DNA of 64,000 bases from Carpediemonas membranifera BICM (lineage: Eukaryota > Protista > Fornicata): the NCBI GenBank assembly GCA_019828565.1, contig JAHDYR010000004.1, positions 372,001-436,000 of the forward strand, read 5' to 3'. Below are positions 55,780-64,000 of the stretch, piece by piece (position 1 is the stretch's first letter; the number at the start of each line of letters is the position of its first letter). Below the pieces are notes generated by a model. That model worked only from the letters and a program-made list of their open reading frames with translations, did not search any database and had not been told where the DNA came from. A program made the position numbers and the translations under genes.

Positions 55780-57328
55780 CTAGAAGTCGAACCCGCCCGC
55801 ATCGTCGCTGAGGTCGCCGACGTCGTCGCTAAAGTGCTCCTGGAGGAGTGTCTGGGCCGTATTGCTCACGGACGCGTACTGGTTATACATGAGCGACGAG
55901 AGCAGCTGGACACCGCCCACGGACTCGACGATGGACGTGGCGTCCGGCCTCTTGGTGAGGATCCGGGAGACGGCCTCGAGGAGGAGGGACTTGGTCTTGT
56001 AGTTGGTGATCGACTTCAGGACTCGGAACAGAGTCTCGAGGGCGCCGCAGTCGAGGAGATGCTGCATCTGCTCGTCGTTGCAGGCGACGGTGTAGTTCAT
56101 GACGATCCAAGAGCACTCGGTGGCGACCTCGGGGACGTCGTGCTCCATGGTCCGCAGCACGATGGGGACGGCGTTATGGTCCACAAACACCTTCAAGTGG
56201 TCCTGGCTTCCCGCCACGATGTTGGACATCGCCCAGGCCACTTCCCTGCGGACAGAGGGCAGGGCCGACTGGAACAGCCGGAGCATACCGGGGACGACGC
56301 CGCAGGAGACCAGGTAGTCTGCGACGGTCTTGTCGTTGGTGGACATGAGGTTCCCGAGGCATCTGAGGGAGGCAGAGTTGAGCTTGGCGTATGGGATGGC
56401 CATGTAGTTGACGATCATGGGGGTCAGGTTCTCCTTGACGATGACAGCGATGTCCTCGTCATCACCGTCTGCAATAAAGGAGAAGAAGAAGATGATGTCC
56501 ACCAGGATGTCCAGCTCGACCGTGTCCCGCTGCTTGGTGGGGTCGACCTGCACGGATCTGAAGACGTTCGCGCAGAGGGGCACCAGCTTGGTCAGCTCCT
56601 TGATGTCCTTGGAATCCTGCAGTGGCGTCCGTGCGATGTTCGATACGGCCCAGGTGATGTTACGGAGGTGTTTTCGGTCCATCTGCCGCCCGAGGACCGT
56701 CACCATCGAGTCGACGATGCCCATGCGGATGATGTTCGAGCGGTACTGCACGCCCTCGCCGGCTATATTTGCCAGAGCCCAGATGGCCTGCTCCGCGAGC
56801 TGAATGTTCTTGGTCTTGTGGATGGTCTGGATCAAGCGGGGCACGGCGCCGGCCTTCACCACAGTCAGCGCGACGGCGCTCTCCCTGCTGGCGATGTTTG
56901 TGAGGATCCAGCAGGCCTCGTGGGCGTGTGAGTCGGAGTCGCAGTTGGCGAACGACGCCACCCGTTTGATGACGTCGCGGCGCACGAGAACCTCGTAAAC
57001 GTTCACAGATCGGCTCTTGCGTCTGGAGATGAGCTTCCGGATGGCTACGAGGCCCACGAGCGTGTCGTCCGGGCTCGGCTGGAGGAGCATGTCCGCAAAC
57101 GACATGATGACGTCCTCGTCGACAACATCGGGGAGCTCAACGTCAATGGTCTGGATCGGAGGCTCCTCAGACATGTCAGCACGGGACGATTCGAGCATCT
57201 CCTCGCGTTTCTTCTTCCGAAGGTCAGTCACGCTCTGCTTGATGCTCTTACGCTGAAAACTGTTCTGAAATCCTCTTCTGTGTTACAAAAGGCAGTGGTA
57301 CTACGAACCTCACGTTCCTATCGTCCAT
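55780..57328 (-). CDS. Importin subunit alpha; 31-nt intron at 57278-57308
   Basis: IBB-like LRKKKREE; ARM repeats EACWILTNIAS, EQAIWALANIAG, EVAWAMSNIVAG. Confidence 0.93.
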
Positions 57329-57621
57329 GTCCAACAAACACGACGGATGCCAGAAGTGTCCAATTTTTCACGCATCTTTCCGACCACGACTGAGCAAAGG
57401 CGGAGAGACTCAGCTGATGTGGCCTGACCGTGTATCTTGCTCGGTTGAGGTCATCTTCAGAATACCGAGAACACTGCCGACGTTCTGCCGCACCACACAA
57501 CCGGGAGCAAGGAATGCAGCGTCAGGCCATATACCTACCTACCCCCATCCCGTTGCTCAGCCAGGCGCCAGTACTCTAGATTATGCCCAGGATCTTTATC
57601 TCGCGCAAGCAAAGGAGCGAA

Positions 57622-60516
57622 ATGCCCACCTTCCCTGTTCTCAAGATCGGTGAGCTCACTGACCTTGCCTATGGCAAGGATGAGCTTGCTTTGAGCTCAA
57701 ATGACGCCGATGAGGGGTCACAGACCACGTCCGTTGATTGCAAGCCTCAATTCGAGCATGTGACTAATCCTGCCTCTGTTGAGGACTGTTTGGCGCCTGA
57801 GGTTGCACGTGCTATCCTCGTCTCTCGTTTCTCCAAGATGGAGGCGTCCTACGAGGTCCAGCTCCGTGTACAGTCCGTCATCAACAATGCCGATGCTGCC
57901 CCGGCCCTTCCTTCCTCCAGCCCTGCCGACTGCCTCACCGCCCTTGTTAAGTGTATCGGCGGCAATGGCATGCTGATCGTCGGCCATGAACTGGTGTCGT
58001 CCGAGTCGTTTGGGTTCAAGACCCCATGCTTCTCCGAGGAGACGGCCGCAGCCACCGTTGCCGCCACCATCGCCCCCGCATCGGCTATTGCTGCCCTCGT
58101 AGCCGCCAACCTCCGCGCCATCGGCCCCGTGTGCGACTTTGCCGCTGCCCTTGAGTGTGAGCTGCAGCCCGTCGCCCCCAGTCACACCGGGCCCTCGGCC
58201 GTCGACTTCCTGACCTCGGGCTTCGTCGCTGACTGCATGACTGCGGACAAGGGCGCATTCACCAGCGCCCAGCGGATCTCAGAGGCCATCCGTGGCTCCA
58301 AGATCGCGTTCAACCCCGAGATCGCGACACACCCCGCTCTGGAGCCCGTCCCTCAGGCCCACGGCGCCCTGATCAACGCCGCTGCCGCGTTGTACTCGGC
58401 GACCCGCACGGAGCTCGCCCTCAAGGACGACCGCGTGATGCCCGCCGTCTCGATGACGACCGCGTGGCTCAGAGCCACAGCAGAGGCCTGCAACGGCGTC
58501 ACTGCCCTTTCTAACGAGCGTATAGAAACCATGCACGGCGAGGAGCCCCTCACCATGCCGCCCGTGACCATCGGGGACGCCATGGCCGAGGCCCTGGTCG
58601 CGTACACCGCCTCCGAGCTGATGCGGAGGGCCATCGGCCGCGAGATGACCGCTGCTGTCCGCGCGCTGAACGGCGTCTGCACTGAGAAGCGCGAGGAGCG
58701 CATGGCTAAGCAGGCCGACAACGACATGAAGGCCAAGGCGCTGCTCAAGGACCGCATCGCTAAGGCCGGCCAGGAGGCTGCCGACAAGGCCGCCGCCAAG
58801 GGTCAGGACGAGGCAGCTGTCGCCAAGGCCCGCGCCGACGCTGAGGCGAAGAAGCGTAAGAAGGAAGAGGAGACGCTGGCCAAGCGGATGAAGAAGGCCA
58901 AGCCCAGCCCCCTCGTCGCCATCGGGGACAAGGCATACCGTCTCTTCACGGCCCTCTGCCCCCAGTCCGAGACGGAGCCGACGGACATCGACGTCGTCCA
59001 GGTCGCCGGTGCCAAGGCGGTCGACCTGACCGGGCCGATGCCCGCGGCCATCGAGCTCGAGCTGAGAACCACGGCCACCGTGTTCAAGCCGGCCAAGGGC
59101 ACGCAGGACTACGGACCGCGTCAGATGAGGGTGCGGGAGCAGGTGTTCCAGACGATCAGACGCGTGTTCAAGCAGCACGGCGCCTGCGAGATCGACACGC
59201 CCGTCTTCGAGCTCAGGGACACGCTGATGGGCAAGTACGGCGAGGACAGCAAGCTCATCTACGACCTCGAGAACCAGGGCGGCGAGCTGCTCTCCATGCG
59301 GTACGACCTCACCGTCCCCTTCGCCCGGTACGTCGCCAACCACGCCGTGCCCGAGATCCGCCGCTTCCACATCGGCAAGGTCTACCGCCGGGAGAACCCC
59401 AACATGGCACGGGGCCGCTTCCGCGAGTTCTACCAGTGCGACTTCGACATCGCGGGCCAGTTCGGGCCGATGGTGGCTGACTCGGAAGTCATCACGACCC
59501 TGGTCGACTGCCTGCGGGCGCTAAAGGTCGGGCCGTTTGACTTCAAGCTGTCCCACCGCGGTCTGCTCGACGCCATGCTCACCGTCTGCGGCGTCCCCGA
59601 CGACAACATCAGACCGATCTGCTCGGCCATTGACAAGCTCGACAAGGCGCCCTGGTCCGAGGTCAAGGAGGAGATGCTCGCCAAGGGCCTCGCCGAGGAC
59701 TCAGCCGACCGCATTGGCTACATCGTTGCCGACTCCGCAGAGGAGGGCAACCCCTTCATCGGCACCCTGCCCGCGGTCATGAAGACATTCGCCGCCCTCG
59801 CCAAGGCCGATGAGGCCAAGATCTGCGAGGTGATTGGGCTTGAGCTCAACGACACCACGCGCCCCAAGGCGACCGTCATCAAGGCCCTCCTCGCCAACAA
59901 GCGGGGCCAGGCCGCACTCGCTGACATGCGTATGCTGGCCTCCTACCTTGAGGCGTCCGGCGCGGCGTCTAACGTTGAGTTCAACATCAGCCTGGCTCGG
60001 GGGCTCGATTACTACACCGGCGTCATCTACGAGGCCGTTGTCAAGGCCGTGGACGCGGACGGCGAGGAGGTCCGCGTCGGCTCCATCTCTGCCGGTGGCC
60101 GCTACGACAACCTCGTCGGCATGTTCGGCAAGAAGCCCATTCCCGCCGTCGGCGGCAGCATCGGCGTCGAGCGCGTCTTCCGCATCAAGGAGGCGATGGT
60201 CGAGAAGAAGTCCCGCGCCCCCAAGGTCGACGTCAGCCGCGTGGTCGACGTCTTCATCCACACCGATGACACCCTCGCTGACATGCGCATCGCCAAGGCC
60301 CTCAGGGCACAGGGCATCTCATGCGAGTTCCCATACAAGAAGATGGGCAAGAGCGACCTCGACAAGATGGTCAAGAACGAGCTGACGTTCCAGACGGAGG
60401 TCACGGCCGGGCAGTGGAAGGGCGTCGAGGGCGACCTGCCCCTCAAGACTAAGGGCGACCTCGACATCGCTGCCGCACTCGTCGGCTCTGGCTTTGTGGT
60501 CGAAAAGAACGAGTAA
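57622..60516 (+). CDS. HARS: Cytosolic histidyl-tRNA synthetase with a ~480-aa N-terminal extension
   Basis: KPAKGTQDY, IDTPVFE, GKYGEDSKLIYDL, RYDLTVPFAR, GRFREFYQCDFDIAG, LARGLDYYTGVIYE, AGGRYDNL, SIGVERV. Confidence 0.96.
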   Translation: MPTFPVLKIGELTDLAYGKDELALSSNDADEGSQTTSVDCKPQFEHVTNPASVEDCLAPEVARAILVSRFSKMEASYEVQLRVQSVINNADAAPALPSSSPADCLTALVKCIGGNGMLIVGHELVSSESFGFKTPCFSEETAAATVAATIAPASAIAALVAANLRAIGPVCDFAAALECELQPVAPSHTGPSAVDFLTSGFVADCMTADKGAFTSAQRISEAIRGSKIAFNPEIATHPALEPVPQAHGALINAAAALYSATRTELALKDDRVMPAVSMTTAWLRATAEACNGVTALSNERIETMHGEEPLTMPPVTIGDAMAEALVAYTASELMRRAIGREMTAAVRALNGVCTEKREERMAKQADNDMKAKALLKDRIAKAGQEAADKAAAKGQDEAAVAKARADAEAKKRKKEEETLAKRMKKAKPSPLVAIGDKAYRLFTALCPQSETEPTDIDVVQVAGAKAVDLTGPMPAAIELELRTTATVFKPAKGTQDYGPRQMRVREQVFQTIRRVFKQHGACEIDTPVFELRDTLMGKYGEDSKLIYDLENQGGELLSMRYDLTVPFARYVANHAVPEIRRFHIGKVYRRENPNMARGRFREFYQCDFDIAGQFGPMVADSEVITTLVDCLRALKVGPFDFKLSHRGLLDAMLTVCGVPDDNIRPICSAIDKLDKAPWSEVKEEMLAKGLAEDSADRIGYIVADSAEEGNPFIGTLPAVMKTFAALAKADEAKICEVIGLELNDTTRPKATVIKALLANKRGQAALADMRMLASYLEASGAASNVEFNISLARGLDYYTGVIYEAVVKAVDADGEEVRVGSISAGGRYDNLVGMFGKKPIPAVGGSIGVERVFRIKEAMVEKKSRAPKVDVSRVVDVFIHTDDTLADMRIAKALRAQGISCEFPYKKMGKSDLDKMVKNELTFQTEVTAGQWKGVEGDLPLKTKGDLDIAAALVGSGFVVEKNE

Positions 60517-60731
60517 ATCAACGGATTGGCGGCATTTGTCTGATTTTATCGTTGCCGATAGATCCAATTTGATTCAATTAGATGCGGCTCAGGTCGTGAC
60601 CAAACCAGACCAGGCAGATGCAGCCAGGGTCAGCTATGGGCGCCGCGGCAGGAGGGGATCTGATTTGGGGAATCTCTAGATCTTGGTCCACAACCGTTTC
60701 GAGACGGAAGACCAATAGTCACAGGCAGCAA

Positions 60732-61533
60732 ATGGGTGCAAACGTAACAATGCCAAGCAAGAACGATCTGAACGCTACAGCATACAATGGCCATGCCAAT
60801 AGGACCACGCATGTTCAAACTCCGCGTGAGAAGCTTGTTCCTGTTCAATTGACGTGGAATCATGGTGGACAGTCCGTTTTCGTCACCGGATCGTTCAGTA
60901 GATGGCGTGAACGTGTTCCACTAACCAGGAGCGAGCATGACGAGAGATCGTGGAGCGCACAGGTTCCCATGCCCGGCGGGCCAACACAACTACAAGTACA
61001 TCGTGGACGGCGAGTGGCGCGCTGATACCTCACAGCCCACCCGCTGCGACGCCATCGGGAACGTTAACAACATCGTCACGGTCGAGGAGATCGAGGAGGA
61101 CACCGCCGACCAGGAGTACTCACAAACCATCCCCACCATCGGCCTGGGTCTGTTCGCGGAACCCAACAAGCAGCCTGGCATGCTGCCGAGGCCGCTGGAC
61201 CACACGCCGCTCAACCGGCAGCAGCAGGACACCGGCAAGATCTACCTGGACCCTGCCCTGGGCGGGGCATCGCCCAAGGCAAAAGGCCAGCGGGACCCCA
61301 GCCTGCTCCCCCTACCAGAGCATGTGGTGCTGACACATTTATACCGGGCAAACACGCCAACGCTGACCCACTATGGGTTGACCGTCAGGCTGCAGCGGAA
61401 GTTCGTCACCACCATCGTCTACTACCACTCTGCTGGCGTGTTGATTGAGCGGCAGCGACTCAGCGAAGAGGCGATGCTGAGCGGGCTCCCGCTGCGTGTC
61501 GACGAGACACTGAGCCAGTGTTGCGCAGTATAA
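60732..61533 (+). CDS. AMPK/SNF1 beta subunit; one extra base near 60970-60982 shifts the frame
   Basis: MGA start; CBM48 motifs WNHGGQSVFVTGSFSRW and YKYIVDGEW; C-terminal LPLPEHVVLTHLY and KFVTTIVY. Confidence 0.9.
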
Positions 61534-61592
61534 ACACATTGTTTGACCCTTCAATAGCACAAAGCGCGAATCCTTAACCTGCTGCAAGAGCA

Positions 61593-63011
61593 ATGAGTAG
61601 CAACGTCAACACCGATGCACTGGCAGCGGGAAACAAGGAGAAGCTATATGCAGCATGGCATGTGGTGGCGAATTCGGTGTTTGCTGCCTCCGTTTCGCTC
61701 TCAGCCATCCTCGTTGTGACGTATCCCGCCATTCGCCTCGGGGTGTTCGCCTTCGGGCACGACGGGGACCTATTGGACAAGTCCACGGGCTACATAGCCA
61801 TGAACAGCGCCGTGATGACCTTCATGACGGCTCTCACGCTCTTACTTATTCTTACACCCGTCATCGTTGCCTTCGGAGCTCTCTTCCGCATCATGACGTA
61901 CGGCCTCATCCTGATGGTGTCCGCCATGATCCAGTTCATCGCCATGCTCGTCCTTGGTCTGGCTGACGTCGCCTTCGCCGCGGACCTGACGAGCACGTTC
62001 TTCGTCCATTCACCGGCCCACATCCTCGCTCTGCCCTGCATCCTGCTGCTCGCATTCGCCGCAATGCGCTCGGGACGTGTGCGAGGCCTGACGATCATCC
62101 TCCTGCTGGGCACACCGCTGCTCGTCTACACCCTCGTCGACACCCTTGCCCTGCCAGTTGCCCTCCACCCAGACACGCCTGTGGCCGTCAAGGCGGTGCT
62201 CAGGATTGTTGTTGTGGCGGCCATCGATGCCCTGACGGTGGTGCCGACCCACGTGGCCCAGCTGACACACACCCGGGCGCCGCCCCTGACTAGGCCCGCC
62301 CTCATCATGCCCATGTCGATGCTTCGGCAGCTGTTCGGCCAGATGATGCTTATAGACGACGACCTCAGATCCCAGCTGATCCTGGTGTGCGTGGGCGTCG
62401 TCCAGGACGCGGTGACGCTGCTGGCATACCCACCGTATGCCCACTTCGCCCACACCTTGTTCCACCGTGTGTTCCACGACAAGAGATCCGGCGCATTTCC
62501 CGCGCTAGCCCACATTAGGGTGCACGACGTCCTTCTCGAGATCCTCCTCCGGCCGTCGGGGCCCGTTGAGTTGAAGGGCCACACGCCTGACACGGCATTC
62601 GACGAGAGACGCCACTGGCTCGAGCTCTTCGCCCAGACCATGTCCGTCTTTGCCGTGGGGGCGGCCCGGCTGGCGTGTCTCGACCTCATGGACGGCACCG
62701 TGGACGCCGTCACGGCCCTGGCCCCCGCGTTCATAGCCATGGTGACCATGGCTGTCTCGTACGTGCTGCTCAGTGTCATCAGGCTCATCGTGCTGGACTT
62801 CGTCTTTGCCCAGCAGTCCCGCCGCTTCATGGGCAACGAGCGCGTCCTCGCCCAGTTCGCCCTCAGGGCCAGCGTCGCGACGGAAGGGGACGCCGGACTG
62901 GAGAACCCGCTGGTGATGCTGACGAGGCTCGTAGTGGCCCTCTGGATGGGCGTGTTCGTCAGCTACCGCGTCATCTGGCGGATTAGGCGGGCGGCCTTCA
63001 TGGTCATGTAG
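61593..63011 (+). CDS. Hypothetical polytopic membrane protein
   Basis: 472 aa with about 10 hydrophobic segments. Confidence 0.7.
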   Translation: MSSNVNTDALAAGNKEKLYAAWHVVANSVFAASVSLSAILVVTYPAIRLGVFAFGHDGDLLDKSTGYIAMNSAVMTFMTALTLLLILTPVIVAFGALFRIMTYGLILMVSAMIQFIAMLVLGLADVAFAADLTSTFFVHSPAHILALPCILLLAFAAMRSGRVRGLTIILLLGTPLLVYTLVDTLALPVALHPDTPVAVKAVLRIVVVAAIDALTVVPTHVAQLTHTRAPPLTRPALIMPMSMLRQLFGQMMLIDDDLRSQLILVCVGVVQDAVTLLAYPPYAHFAHTLFHRVFHDKRSGAFPALAHIRVHDVLLEILLRPSGPVELKGHTPDTAFDERRHWLELFAQTMSVFAVGAARLACLDLMDGTVDAVTALAPAFIAMVTMAVSYVLLSVIRLIVLDFVFAQQSRRFMGNERVLAQFALRASVATEGDAGLENPLVMLTRLVVALWMGVFVSYRVIWRIRRAAFMVM

Positions 63012-63166
63012 CATGCCCTGGCCCGGATGGATTTGACTGGAGGGAAAGGGCCCCGTGCATGGTGGGCCGGCAGGGCTGCTGGCGGTGGAGTCGGGCTAGC
63101 CTTAGTTCCCCGTAAATTTGCGATTCAGTTTTTGGAAGAACCGAGCATCCTCACCCATACAAAACA

Positions 63167-64000
63167 ATGCGGAGCCCTAATGGCATCAAAACGGGCTCAT
63201 TTTCTGTAATATACTTTCTCGCATTGCTTTCGCTCTCGTTTGCCCTCACCAGCATCACATTTGGCCAGTCCTGCGCCCTGTCTGGTGCTTCCGCCTCCCT
63301 CGGCACCGACATGGAAGCTGGGATCACAATTGCCTTCAACAAGTTTAATGCAGAGCAGACGAACTTCGAGCTGTCCCTTATCAGCAAAGATGACGGCTAC
63401 ACGCCGTTGAACACGACCACTAACACCCTTCAGTTCATCGCCGACGGCGTGTTCGGACTCATCGGCTACACAGGCACACCGACGACCAAGACCATCTACG
63501 ACACAGCCATCAACGCCGGGCTCCCGCTCATTGGCTCCTTTACGGGCGGCCGCTTTCTGCGGGACCCGTTCGAGCCGCTCGCAGTCAACATCCGCGCTGG
63601 GTACGACGACGAGGTGCTCGCTGTAGTGGAGTACCTCGTCGGCCATGGCCGGACGACCATCGCCACGTTCGTGCAGGCCGACGCCTTTGGCCAAGCCGGT
63701 CTGGACGCGCTGGTGCTGGCGCTTGAGCCGTACAAGCTCCCGGTCATGGCCAGTGGGATGTACGAGAGGAACACCGTGGATGTCGAGCCGGGGGTCGCCG
63801 CCATGCTGGACGAACTCGACGGACTGCAGCCGGACGCAGTGATCATGATCGGTACGGCCTACGCGCTGGCCAAGACGGTGAGCATACTACAGCCAGACAT
63901 GCCGCACACAATATTCTACACGGTCTCCTTCGTGGGCTCGGAGATCTTTGCCGACGAGCTGATCAACAACTACGACGTCGACCTCACCAACGTTGTCGTC
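63167..64000 (+). CDS. Signal-peptide protein with a type I periplasmic-binding (LivJ-like) domain; runs off the window end
   Basis: Open frame from ATG 63167 (absent from the ORF track because it has no stop in the window): IYFLALLSLSFA, FGQSCALSG, DDGYTP, GVFGLIGYTGTP, FTGGRFLR, NIRAGYDDE, QADAFG. Confidence 0.88.
   Translation, partial: MRSPNGIKTGSFSVIYFLALLSLSFALTSITFGQSCALSGASASLGTDMEAGITIAFNKFNAEQTNFELSLISKDDGYTPLNTTTNTLQFIADGVFGLIGYTGTPTTKTIYDTAINAGLPLIGSFTGGRFLRDPFEPLAVNIRAGYDDEVLAVVEYLVGHGRTTIATFVQADAFGQAGLDALVLALEPYKLPVMASGMYERNTVDVEPGVAAMLDELDGLQPDAVIMIGTAYALAKTVSILQPDMPHTIFYTVSFVGSEIFADELINNYDVDLTNVVV

Overview
GC-rich eukaryotic (protist) DNA in two parts. (1) Positions 1-~26.5 kb are a nested retrotransposon pile. 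It holds at least five Ty3/Gypsy fragments, one with a chromodomain integrase, and two DIRS-type RT/RNase H relics. It also holds a CRE-like non-LTR element with a restriction-like endonuclease beside a tRNA-Arg(ACG) gene, and two members of an APE-RT LINE family with TTC-rich tails. One LINE copy is apparently full length (11.3 kb, 1005-12305) and has an exact 16-bp target-site duplication inside a Gypsy integrase. Its very long ORF1 region encodes a DEDDh 3'-5' exonuclease-like domain with the E-C-H-C zinc motif of Maelstrom and the arenavirus nucleoprotein, and the element also carries a divergent antisense ORF. This is the most unusual system in the window. (2) Positions ~26.6-64 kb are compact host genes: SPRY/RanBP9-like, PP2C, Vps15, viperin, anoctamin, RPL14, HACD/PHS1, Cdc14, a CNBP-like zinc-knuckle protein, PUS1, RPS12, a CHD remodeller, importin alpha, HisRS with a long N-terminal extension, AMPK beta and a periplasmic-binding-protein-type receptor. 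Six of these genes carry 28-33 nt spliceosomal introns (seven in all) whose signals resemble those of metamonads/fornicates; this taxon assignment is an inference. Single-base frameshifts occur in the repeats and in AMPK beta, so some may be assembly errors.
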